Shown here piece by piece: positions 1 to 7,461 of a DNA stretch of 23,464 bases (the stretch's first letter is position 1; every line of letters starts with the position of its first letter). The translations under genes and the position numbers were made by a program. The stretch is from Candidatus Woesearchaeota archaeon (GTDB taxonomy: Archaea > Nanobdellota > Nanobdellia > SCGC-AAA011-G17 > JACPIM01): NCBI GenBank assembly GCA_964513145.1, contig CAZELK010000008.1, positions 16,885-40,348 on the forward strand. The letters run 5' to 3'. The notes beneath the pieces are model-generated. The model saw only the letters and a program-made list of their open reading frames with translations, made no database searches and was not told where the DNA came from.

Positions 1-41
1 ATAGAAACTGGTTAGCTGCTAAAGGAGTTCTTGGAATGTAA
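1..41 (+). CDS. possible 3' end of an upstream gene (...RNWLAAKGVLGM*), unidentified
   Basis: Open frame from base 3 to TAA at 39-41, followed by a TATA-like element for the next gene; too short to identify. Confidence 0.3.
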   Translation, partial: RNWLAAKGVLGM

Positions 42-44
42 AAC

Positions 45-52
45 TTAATAAA
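45..52 (+). promoter_or_regulatory. TATA-box candidate (TTAATAAA) for ORF 75
   Basis: 22 nt between the box and the ATG, the same spacing as several other promoters in the window. Confidence 0.4.
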
Positions 53-74
53 TTTTTGTTAGAATCTAAAATTC

Positions 75-1517
75 ATGAATATCAAAGAATTTTTAAAAAA
101 GACCGAAGTTAAAATATTTTTTACAGTTTACATAGTTTACCTAGTATTTATTTCAAATTACGGCGGGAATTATATGGCAGATTCAATGCTAACAGGAACA
201 ATCTCTTTAGTTGAAAAACAAACCCTGGCAATAGACGATTATGTTTCAGATGTGTGCAAAAAAACTGGATGTGATCACGCCTATTACAAGGGTCATTTTT
301 ATTCTGGATTTGCTCCAGGTCCGACTTCCTTAGCTGCGCCAATTTACTTAATAGCTTATCAATTTCTAGATAATTTTCTGCCTGAAACTTTATTTAACAA
401 TACAAAAACAGAAATTAAGTTAATAATCCTTAATATTTTAGTTACAATTTTGATTGCTTCATTGCTGTCAGCATTAACATCTGTATTAATATATAAAATA
501 AGTTCATATTTTACTGAAAATGAAAATACAAAAATATTCGTTTCTCTTGCTTTAAGTTTTTCAACCTTATTTTTATTATATTCAACTGGTTATTATGCAA
601 GGATTCTGGCTTCTTTTTTCAGCATTTTTGCATTTTATAAATTAATAAAAATAAAGCATAAAGGAATAAATAAAAAAGATTTATTTCTGGCTGGTTTGTC
701 TTCATCAGTTGCAATATCTATGGATTATCCGCATTTTATAATTTCATTTGTTCTATTTTGTTATTTATTGACGTTTTTAAGAGACAAAAGAATATTTTAT
801 TTTATAGCTGCTTCAATCCTGCCAGTTATATTAATTCTAGGCTATCACTATATAATTTTTGGAAATATATTCCAAACTCCCGAACATTTAAGAGCCAATA
901 TCGAGAATATGGAGGGCTTAAGCAAGGGCTTTGGCGGTTTTAATTATCCCCATTTGGACAAATTATTTCTATATTTATTTAGCCCAGAACGCGGAGTATT
1001 TTTTTATAACCCAATATTTTTGCTTTCTTTATATGGAATATTCTTCGGAATAAAAAAGAATAAATTTGAAATGCTGACTATCTTGTTCGTCACTATTTTA
1101 ACATACTTGTTTTATTCTTCAAGTGTCTGGCCATGGTGGTGGGACGGAAGTTACGGCCCGAGATATTTATTAGTTATGTTTCCTTTTCTAATATTGCCGT
1201 TAAATTTTGTTTTAGAAAAAGTTAACAAATTTTTAATTTATATGTTATTGTCAATATCCTTTATTTTTAGTTTATTTGGCGCAATGTTTGATAGGACTGG
1301 CTTTTGGACATACCCTTTTGATATTTTAAATCCGATATTTAATTCTTATTTGCCTTTATTTTTATCAAGAGGTTTCTCAAATTATACATTGAATATAATA
1401 AGTTACAGGCTGTATGAATTGCCAGTTTATTTAATTAATCTAATATTTTTTATTGAAATATTTTTTATTATATTTCTGATAAAATTTATTTGGTCTAGAA
1501 ATGATTCTAATCTATAA
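75..1517 (+). CDS. polytopic membrane protein, probable GT-C fold (PMT/ArnT-like) glycosyltransferase
   Basis: 480 aa with many hydrophobic helices; N-terminal loop D-H..GHFYSGFAPG; later motifs SPERGVFFYNP and WWWDGSYGPRYL of a type seen in lipid-linked-sugar transferases; adjacent to nucleotide-sugar genes. Confidence 0.6.
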   Translation: MNIKEFLKKTEVKIFFTVYIVYLVFISNYGGNYMADSMLTGTISLVEKQTLAIDDYVSDVCKKTGCDHAYYKGHFYSGFAPGPTSLAAPIYLIAYQFLDNFLPETLFNNTKTEIKLIILNILVTILIASLLSALTSVLIYKISSYFTENENTKIFVSLALSFSTLFLLYSTGYYARILASFFSIFAFYKLIKIKHKGINKKDLFLAGLSSSVAISMDYPHFIISFVLFCYLLTFLRDKRIFYFIAASILPVILILGYHYIIFGNIFQTPEHLRANIENMEGLSKGFGGFNYPHLDKLFLYLFSPERGVFFYNPIFLLSLYGIFFGIKKNKFEMLTILFVTILTYLFYSSSVWPWWWDGSYGPRYLLVMFPFLILPLNFVLEKVNKFLIYMLLSISFIFSLFGAMFDRTGFWTYPFDILNPIFNSYLPLFLSRGFSNYTLNIISYRLYELPVYLINLIFFIEIFFIIFLIKFIWSRNDSNL

Positions 1518-1830
1518 AAAGAGGGTCAATAGAAAAAATAATTGGTTTATCTGTTGATGAAATAAATCTAAAATTTTTATAAATGACTTCATGACTATAG
1601 TTTGGACGAAGATTGCTGTCATTATTATTTAATTCTATAACTTGTGCGCCAGCACCAATTAAGCTCTCAATTCCTCTTGGAGTAATATAATATTTTTCAG
1701 AATTTTCAATAGGAATTCTGCTTGAGTTTCGTTTTTTTACAAATTTAAGCAAAAGCCCTGCTCTTATCTTATAAGAACTATTTTCATCCACAAATAATCC
1801 CGGCACTATTTCAAATTTATTTTGGGGCAT
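1507..1830 (-). CDS. hypothetical protein (107 aa)
   Basis: Starts 1 nt after the dehydrogenase stop (TAA-A-ATG); protein-like composition; 3' end overlaps the convergent gene by 11 nt. Confidence 0.65.
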   Translation of the reverse strand: MPQNKFEIVPGLFVDENSSYKIRAGLLLKFVKKRNSSRIPIENSEKYYITPRGIESLIGAGAQVIELNNNDSNLRPNYSHEVIYKNFRFISSTDKPIIFSIDPLFID

Positions 1831-1831
1831 T

Positions 1832-2788
1832 TTAATTTTTATTATTAGATAAATCCAAAGCTATTTTTAAAGCACTTAATGCATCTTCCCCACAAATGGG
1901 AAAGTCTTTATTATCTCTTATGCAGTTCAAGAAAGTTTGTAATTCAACTTTCAAAGGTTCTTCTTTTTTAATATCTATGTTAACTTTTGTTGGTTTTCCA
2001 AATTTTATTACAAAATCTCCAAAATCATCAAAATCTTTGACATAGTTGCTTTTATACACATCCAATTCCTGGGTAATGTAATTTAATTCAGCATATCCTC
2101 TTGATCCAGTAACATTCAATAATCTTATTTTTATAGGCGTAATCCAGTTAACTTGAATAAATGCATTTGTATGTCCATATCTCAATAACAAATCAGCATA
2201 ATCTCCATTGTTTACTATTGCATTACCTAAAGATCCATAAAATTTAGTCGGCTTTTTGTTAAGAAGATAATTGAAAATATCAATATCATGAACAGCCAAA
2301 TCTATAATTACATTTGTATCTCTAACTTTTGGAGGAATAACTCCAACCCTTCTGCATATAATAGAACTTATCTCCCCAAGTTCAAAATTATCCAAAATTT
2401 CTTTTAACTTTATTACAGCTGGGTTAAATCTCTCAATATGCCCGACCATAAATTTTACATTGTTTTCTTTTGCTTTTTTTATTATGTCTTCAGCTTTATC
2501 CGCACTATCAGCAATTGGTTTTTCAAGCAAAAATGGGATTTTTTTATTTATTACATCTAAAGCAACTTGTGCATGAAATGAAGTTGGAACAACAATTGAG
2601 ACAGCATCCAATTTCTCTTTTTCAAGCATTTCTTTGTAATCTTTATAATACCTGCATTTATGCTTTTCACTTACTTTTTTTCCTAGAATATCATTTAGAT
2701 CGCTTACAGCTACTAATTCAGATATTTCAGAATAAATCCTGGCATGGTTGCTACCCATATTCCCAATGCCAATTACTCCAACCCTCAT
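1832..2788 (-). CDS. Gfo/Idh/MocA oxidoreductase, probable UDP-GlcNAcA 3-dehydrogenase (WbpB/WlbA-like)
   Basis: Rossmann GVIGIGNMG, EKP motif (LLEKPIA), GHIERFNPA, DLAVHDID; ATGA overlap with a DegT-family gene. Confidence 0.88.
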   Translation of the reverse strand: MRVGVIGIGNMGSNHARIYSEISELVAVSDLNDILGKKVSEKHKCRYYKDYKEMLEKEKLDAVSIVVPTSFHAQVALDVINKKIPFLLEKPIADSADKAEDIIKKAKENNVKFMVGHIERFNPAVIKLKEILDNFELGEISSIICRRVGVIPPKVRDTNVIIDLAVHDIDIFNYLLNKKPTKFYGSLGNAIVNNGDYADLLLRYGHTNAFIQVNWITPIKIRLLNVTGSRGYAELNYITQELDVYKSNYVKDFDDFGDFVIKFGKPTKVNIDIKKEEPLKVELQTFLNCIRDNKDFPICGEDALSALKIALDLSNNKN

Positions 2789-3858
2789 GTTGTTTCCTTA
2801 AGGGTTTTTATAATATAATCAAGATCATTTTTTGTCAAGCTTGGGTGTATAGGCAAAGACAAAACTTTTCCTGAAACTCTTTGCGAAACTTCCAAACCAT
2901 TTCCATTATATCCAAGTTTTTTGTAAAAAGGTTGCTCAAAAATTGGTTTTGGATAAAATATATCTGCTTTTATTTCCTTTTCATGAAGTTTTTTCAAAAC
3001 ATTGTCCCTATTATCTATCATTATAGTGAACTGGTGAAAAACATGTTTGTGGTTTTGCGGAATGCTTGGCAAAATAATTTTTGTGTCTTTTAAATTTCTT
3101 ATTAAATAATCAGCATTTTTCATTCTCTTTTTATTAAACTCATTTAATTTTTTTAATTGTTCTATCCCTATAGCTGCAGCAATATTTGTCATCCTAAAAT
3201 TAAGACCAAAAATTTCATGATTATATCTTATTTTTGATCCATGACTTATTATCATTTTTGATTTTTCGAAGATATTTTGGTTGTTTGTAGTAATCATCCC
3301 ACCCTCACCAGTCATCATGTTCTTTGTCGGGTAAAAAGAAAAACATCCAGTTCCGAATGAACCGGCTTTTTTGCCTTTAAACTCAGCCCCATGTGCCTGC
3401 GCATTGTCCTCAATTAAAATCAAGTTATTGTCATTTGCTATTTTGCAAATTTTATCCATGTCGGGAGTTAAACCAAAAAGAGAAACTGAAACTATTGCTT
3501 TTGTTTTATTATTTATATTTTCTTTTATTAAATCAGGATTTATATTAAAAGTTCTTTCTTCTATATCAACAAAAACTGGTTTTGCTCCAACAGACAAGAT
3601 AGAATTTGCGCTCGCTATAAAAGTAAATGGTGTTGTAATAACTTCATCGCCATTTCCTATTCCATGAGCAATTAAAGAAGTTTGCAATGCAGTAGTTCCA
3701 GAAGAAGTTGCTATAGCATATTTTGTACCAATGTATTTAGCAAAATTTTCTTCAAATTCCTGGACATTTTTCCCCTGAGCCAGCATCCCTGACTTTAGTA
3801 CATCAATAACTGCCTTAATTTCCTCTTCTCCTATAATTGGTTTAGCAATGTTTATCAT
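2785..3858 (-). CDS. DegT/DnrJ/EryC1/StrS PLP aminotransferase (WbpE/WlbC-like)
   Basis: SSGTTAL, TPFTFIASAN, IEDNAQAHGA, FSFYPTKNM (PLP lysine) GEGG, NFRMTNIAAA, LSLPIHP. Confidence 0.93.
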   Translation of the reverse strand: MINIAKPIIGEEEIKAVIDVLKSGMLAQGKNVQEFEENFAKYIGTKYAIATSSGTTALQTSLIAHGIGNGDEVITTPFTFIASANSILSVGAKPVFVDIEERTFNINPDLIKENINNKTKAIVSVSLFGLTPDMDKICKIANDNNLILIEDNAQAHGAEFKGKKAGSFGTGCFSFYPTKNMMTGEGGMITTNNQNIFEKSKMIISHGSKIRYNHEIFGLNFRMTNIAAAIGIEQLKKLNEFNKKRMKNADYLIRNLKDTKIILPSIPQNHKHVFHQFTIMIDNRDNVLKKLHEKEIKADIFYPKPIFEQPFYKKLGYNGNGLEVSQRVSGKVLSLPIHPSLTKNDLDYIIKTLKETT

Positions 3859-3881
3859 TAATTTTTTAGGAAATAAAAATC

Positions 3882-3889
3882 TATTTAAA
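3882..3889. promoter_or_regulatory. shared bidirectional TATA box candidate (TATTTAAA / TTTAAATA)
   Basis: Near the centre of a 53-nt divergent gap; 23 nt from the minus-strand ATG (3858) and 22 nt from the plus-strand ATG (3912). Confidence 0.5.
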
Positions 3890-3911
3890 GGTATTTATTG
3901 TAGTCATTGCA

Positions 3912-4541
3912 ATGGATATTTTATGTATTGATATGGACAATACTATCATAGATTCTGACAAGCCCCATTTATTGGGATACATAAAAGCATTTAAAGAAAA
4001 TAACTTGAAAAAAGTTTCCCAAAAAGATATTAAAAAGCATTTCGGTCTTGTAAGTTCTGAGATTATAAGAAGATTATTTCCCGAGTTATCTAATACAGAA
4101 ATAAAAAAAGTTCTAAATGATAATGAAAGATTTTTCATTGAATCAAAAAAACACTTAAAGGCTTTTCCAGGCGTTAAAAAGACTTTAGAGATTCTAAGGA
4201 AAAAATACAAATTAGTTTTAATTTCAAATTGTAATACAAATGAAATAAAAATATCACTGAATAGGGCAAAAATTAACCAAAAATTATTTAGTCTTTTAAT
4301 AAGCAGCAATGATGTAAAAAACCCCAAGCCTAAGCCAGATGAGATACTGTTTGCTGAAAGAAAATTAAAGCAGAAAGTAAGTTATGTAATTGGTGATAGC
4401 ATATATGATATTCAAGCAGGAAAAAAGGCAAAAGTCAAAACCATAGCAGTAATAACAGGCAACAATACAAAATCACAATTAAAAAAAGAAAAACCAGACT
4501 ATATTATTGATAACTTTAACAATGTTCTAAAAATATTATAA
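3912..4541 (+). CDS. HAD-family phosphatase (phosphoglycolate phosphatase/PpaX-like)
   Basis: Motif I DMDNT, motif II ISN, motif III KPKPD, motif IV VIGDSIYDIQAG. Confidence 0.9.
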   Translation: MDILCIDMDNTIIDSDKPHLLGYIKAFKENNLKKVSQKDIKKHFGLVSSEIIRRLFPELSNTEIKKVLNDNERFFIESKKHLKAFPGVKKTLEILRKKYKLVLISNCNTNEIKISLNRAKINQKLFSLLISSNDVKNPKPKPDEILFAERKLKQKVSYVIGDSIYDIQAGKKAKVKTIAVITGNNTKSQLKKEKPDYIIDNFNNVLKIL

Positions 4542-4612
4542 AACAAAGTATATATTGTCATGTATAAATATTTTTAAATATCATTTGAGAGTGATAAACA
4601 CTCTGAGGAAGA

Positions 4613-4813
4613 ATGCAATATTCATTAAAAAATCAGCAAACAGGGGAAGTAAAGAATTATGAAGTATCATACTCGCAAGTATTGCAAGAAAAAACAAACA
4701 GGTTATTGACAACATTGATTATTCTTATATTTACCCTAATATTAATAATTGGTTATGTTTTAGTAGAAGTAAACCAGTATGATATAATCTCAAGAATAAT
4801 TTATAAATATTAA
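4613..4813 (+). CDS. small single-pass membrane protein (66 aa), hypothetical
   Basis: GAGG upstream of the ATG, TATA-like TTTAAATA at ~4573-4580, one hydrophobic segment (LLTTLIILIFTLILIIGYVLV). Confidence 0.6.
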   Translation: MQYSLKNQQTGEVKNYEVSYSQVLQEKTNRLLTTLIILIFTLILIIGYVLVEVNQYDIISRIIYKY

Positions 4814-4986
4814 TTTGGAAATTTAATTCTTTTAAATTTATTTTTTGATAATAAATTTCTAATCCAGAAATCTTTTTGTAATTTTAATGACATTGGTTTT
4901 TTCTCAGTAATAATGTGCAAGTGATTGTATTTTACTAATATTTTGTAATCTCTTAGAAATTCAGGCAATAACTCTTCTGGAAACAT
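4810..4986 (-). CDS. small hypothetical protein (58 aa, MFPEELLPEFLRDYKILVKYNHLHIITEKKPMSLKLQKDFWIRNLLSKNKFKRIKFPN), not in ORF track
   Basis: Manual translation; TTTATATA box 22 nt upstream; stop codon interlocks with the stop of ORF 4613-4813 (TTAA at 4810-4813); fills an otherwise empty gap. Confidence 0.6.
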   Translation of the reverse strand: MFPEELLPEFLRDYKILVKYNHLHIITEKKPMSLKLQKDFWIRNLLSKNKFKRIKFPN

Positions 4987-5008
4987 TAAACTTTAGTGTT
5001 TGATTTAA

Positions 5009-5016
5009 TATATAAA
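5009..5016 (-). promoter_or_regulatory. TATA box (TTTATATA) for the 58-aa ORF
   Basis: Consensus archaeal TATA with an A-rich BRE-like stretch upstream; 22 nt to the ATG. Confidence 0.5.
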
Positions 5017-5087
5017 TCTTGGTTTTTAAATAAAATAAGTGTTGTCGTAACAACTGAAACAACAAAAACATTAATTTAAAGATAATA

Positions 5088-5095
5088 TTTATAAA
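5088..5095 (+). promoter_or_regulatory. TATA box (TTTATAAA) for the PIN-rpoE operon
   Basis: Consensus archaeal TATA; 22 nt to the ATG at 5118. Confidence 0.55.
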
Positions 5096-5117
5096 CCATA
5101 TTAGAAATAAACCTAGA

Positions 5118-5480
5118 ATGTATAGAGTCATTATTGATACTGATTTTTTGCTGCATTCTGTAACAAATAAAGTGGATATATTCTCAGAATTAACCAGGGT
5201 TTGCAATTTTCCTTTCAAAGTTTATATAATAGATAAGACAATAGACGAATTAAGAAATAAAAAAAATGAAAAACTGGCTCTGAGTTTAATTAAAAATAAA
5301 GTTGAACTAATAAAAACAGAGAAAAACAAAAGTGTGGATGAACTTCTTTTAAGCTTAAATCATGCAAATATTGTTGTTTGCACTAATGATACAAAACTTA
5401 AGGAAAAGCTTAAAAAGAGAAATATTCCAATTATAACCTTGAGGCAAGGAAAATACCTAGTGATAGATAATGTATTATAA
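5118..5480 (+). CDS. PIN-domain protein (Fcf1/Utp24-like)
   Basis: VIIDTDFL, SVDELL, VCTNDTKLK acidic PIN motifs; conserved position upstream of rpoE. Confidence 0.88.
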   Translation: MYRVIIDTDFLLHSVTNKVDIFSELTRVCNFPFKVYIIDKTIDELRNKKNEKLALSLIKNKVELIKTEKNKSVDELLLSLNHANIVVCTNDTKLKEKLKKRNIPIITLRQGKYLVIDNVL

Positions 5481-6060
5481 AATCTTTGTAAAAACTTTTG
5501 TAAGAGTACCACCAACTAATTTTGGTGAAGACATTAGAAGTATAATTTTAAATATACTTAATGAACAATTTAATAATTATGTTTCTGAAAAATTAGGCAT
5601 AGTAGTCGGAGTTTATGATGTTTTAGAAACTGGAGAGGGTGTAATAATCCCAGGAGATGGTGCTGCTTATTATGAAACTAAATTTATATTAATTTCATTT
5701 AAGCCAGATCAGCAAGAAGTTATCTTAGGGGTAATTTCTGATATAACAGACTTTGGTGCGTTTATTAACTTGGGGGCAATCGAAGGTATGATTCATGTTA
5801 GCCAGACAATGGATGATTTTGTTAGTTTCTCCAAAGCTAATGTTTTAACAGGTAAAGAAACAAAAAAAGTTTTAAAAGTGGGAGATAAATGCAGGGCGAG
5901 GATTGTAGCAGTTTCATATAAAGACCTGGCAAATCCTAAAGTTGGTTTGACAATGAGGCAGCCGTTTTTGGGGGCGTTAAACTGGATTGAAGATGATCTT
6001 AAAAATAATTCAAAGGTTATAGAAGAAAAAACAGAAAAGCCCAAAAAGAAAAATGAGTAA
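5470..6060 (+). CDS. rpoE: RNA polymerase subunit E' (Rpo7)
   Basis: VRVPP, IIPGDGAAY, FGAFINLG.IEGMIHVSQ (S1 fold), LTMRQPFLG. Confidence 0.96.
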   Translation: MYYKIFVKTFVRVPPTNFGEDIRSIILNILNEQFNNYVSEKLGIVVGVYDVLETGEGVIIPGDGAAYYETKFILISFKPDQQEVILGVISDITDFGAFINLGAIEGMIHVSQTMDDFVSFSKANVLTGKETKKVLKVGDKCRARIVAVSYKDLANPKVGLTMRQPFLGALNWIEDDLKNNSKVIEEKTEKPKKKNE

Positions 6061-6313
6061 AAACCAAAAATTATATTGCGACAATCCACAATGTGGCGGA
6101 GAAATTAAAGATAATATGTTAATGTATAATCATGAAGAAAAAGAACTTTATCATGTTGGGGATTGCACATTAATAGCTGGCGCATCCAAAGCATTCAAAA
6201 AAGGAGTTATGGGTTTTATGAATATAAAACCTTTAAACAAAAAAGAAGCATTAAAATTATTAAGTGATGGTAAATTAAAGCAAACTGGCTTGGAAAAAAA
6301 ATTATCTGAATAA
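6053..6313 (+). CDS. hypothetical 86-aa protein with a putative Zn-binding motif (C-x4-C-x19-H-x3-C)
   Basis: Overlaps rpoE by 8 nt and ends 2 nt before spt4; CDNPQC...YHVGDC. Confidence 0.75.
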   Translation: MSKNQKLYCDNPQCGGEIKDNMLMYNHEEKELYHVGDCTLIAGASKAFKKGVMGFMNIKPLNKKEALKLLSDGKLKQTGLEKKLSE

Positions 6314-6315
6314 AA

Positions 6316-6501
6316 ATGGTAAAAAAAGTTTGTAGAAAATGCAAGTTGTTGTTTGAAGGAAATATGTGTCCTTTATGCAAAGGTGACCAATTTGGTGAAG
6401 GCTGGAAAGGGAGAATTGTTGTAATAGATGTAAATAAATCTGAGATAGCAAAAAAAGTTGGTTATACTGTAAAAGGCGAATATGCAATAAAGGTTAAATA
6501 A
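6316..6501 (+). CDS. spt4: transcription elongation factor Spt4 (RpoE'')
   Basis: CRKCK...CPLC zinc ribbon, WKGRIVVID, SEIAKK..G.YAIKV. Confidence 0.95.
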   Translation: MVKKVCRKCKLLFEGNMCPLCKGDQFGEGWKGRIVVIDVNKSEIAKKVGYTVKGEYAIKVK

Positions 6502-6502
6502 A

Positions 6503-6793
6503 ATGGAAATACTTCAAGAAAAAGAAAATAAATTATTGCACAGAAAAGAAATTCTACTAAAAACAAATTTTGAAAAAAGTACACCAAGTAAAGAAGAAAT
6601 AACAAAACAATTGGTAAATAAATTAAAAGTTGATCCTGAAGTTCTAAAATTAGATAAAGTTAAGCAAAAGTTCGGAGAAAGAAGTGCGGATATTACAGCA
6701 TATGTTTACAAAGATAAAGAAAGCTTAAAACAAGTTGAAGTAAAAAATAAAAAAGTGAAAAAAGAAGCCAAAAAAACAGAAGAGCAAAAATAG
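6503..6793 (+). CDS. rps24e: 30S ribosomal protein S24e
   Basis: KENKLLHRKEI, TPSKEEI, KQKFG, AYVYKD; operon position. Confidence 0.93.
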   Translation: MEILQEKENKLLHRKEILLKTNFEKSTPSKEEITKQLVNKLKVDPEVLKLDKVKQKFGERSADITAYVYKDKESLKQVEVKNKKVKKEAKKTEEQK

Positions 6794-6795
6794 AT

Positions 6796-6978
6796 ATGGC
6801 AAAACAGAAACCAAAAAATAAAAGACCAAGCAAAAGATGGGAAAAATATAAAGTTAATTCTGGTAAATTAATTAGAAGTAAAACATGTCCGAAATGTGGT
6901 GACGGTATATTTATGGGTGAACACAAAGACAGGTTTTTCTGTGGGAAATGCCATTATTCTGAATTTAAAAGCAAATAA
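6796..6978 (+). CDS. rps27ae: 30S ribosomal protein S27ae
   Basis: CPKCGDGIFMGEHKDRFFCGKC. Confidence 0.96.
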   Translation: MAKQKPKNKRPSKRWEKYKVNSGKLIRSKTCPKCGDGIFMGEHKDRFFCGKCHYSEFKSK

Positions 6979-7083
6979 ATTTTAAAATTGACTGCTCAGT
7001 AGAAGTGCTTAAATCTGGGGAGAAATATGGGATTTTGGATTTCTTAAAAATTTAATTTATATGTAATGCCATTAAAAGCTGGT

Positions 7084-7103
7084 TTGGTGCTATTTCGCAC
7101 CAA
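7084..7103. other. GC-rich inverted repeat TTGGTGC-N6-GCACCAA (hairpin or operator)
   Basis: Perfect 7-bp stem in the AT-rich rps27ae-tRNA intergenic region. Confidence 0.45.
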
Positions 7104-7120
7104 CCCCACAAAAGCAAAGC

Positions 7121-7128
7121 TTTATAAA
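7121..7128 (+). promoter_or_regulatory. TATA box candidate (TTTATAAA) upstream of the tRNA-rpo cluster
   Basis: Consensus TATA preceded by an AAAGCAAAGC BRE-like stretch; the box is palindromic, so direction is not certain. Confidence 0.4.
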
Positions 7129-7290
7129 TAAAAAAATTAGCGATTTTCTGTACAGAATGAAAAAATAACCAGGGTTCTGTAAGCTAAAAGGAGCTCATGA
7201 TAATATCATCACTTTTTAATCCAAAAATTACGTTAAACTTAGTATTTTCTATATTAAATTTTACTATTTCACACTTCAATCATCAAAAAA

Positions 7291-7380
7291 GCCCTGGTGG
7301 TGTAGTGGTTTATCATCTGGCCCTGTCGAGGCGTAGACCTTAGAAAGGCCAGGACCCGGGTTCAACTCCCGGTCAGGGCG
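7291..7380 (+). tRNA. tRNA-Asp(GUC) with a 17-nt intron at 37/38; CCA not encoded
   Basis: Acceptor GCCCTGG/TCAGGGC, anticodon stem TGGCC/GGCCA, loop CT-GTC-G|A, T-arm CCGGG-TTCAACT-CCCGG; 73 nt after intron removal. Confidence 0.93.
7329..7345 (+). other. tRNA-Asp intron (AGGCGTAGACCTTAGAA)
   Basis: Removal restores a 7-nt anticodon loop; relaxed bulge-helix-bulge (C32-G, U33-A, G34-U, U35/U mismatch; bulges CG|A and AA|A). Confidence 0.8.
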
Positions 7381-7413
7381 TTGGGCCGGTAGCTCAGGTT
7401 GGCAGAGCACTTG

Positions 7414-7441
7414 TATAAGTTATGCTAAACTTATGGGTGAA
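7414..7441 (+). other. tRNA-Lys intron 1 (28 nt, non-canonical position 30/31)
   Basis: Central helix CACT(7408-7411)/GGTG(7436-7439), 3' bulge AA|G, 5' bulge TG|T, intron hairpin ATAAGTT/AACTTAT. Confidence 0.8.
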
Positions 7442-7448
7442 GCTTTTA

Positions 7449-7461
7449 AACCCTTGAAGAT
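7449..7461 (+). other. tRNA-Lys intron 2 (13 nt, canonical position 37/38)
   Basis: Central helix CTTT(32-35)/GAAG(7456-7459), 3' bulge AT|A, 5' bulge TA|A. Confidence 0.8.

Noticed and set aside
4961-5218. 85-aa minus-strand ORF
   Set aside because: It overlaps the PIN gene antisense and both promoters; the 58-aa ORF explains the region better.
6979-7290. C/D-box sRNA, split-tRNA half or small ORF in the 312-nt intergenic region
   Set aside because: No C/D box pair, no T-arm motif, and only ORFs of a few codons.
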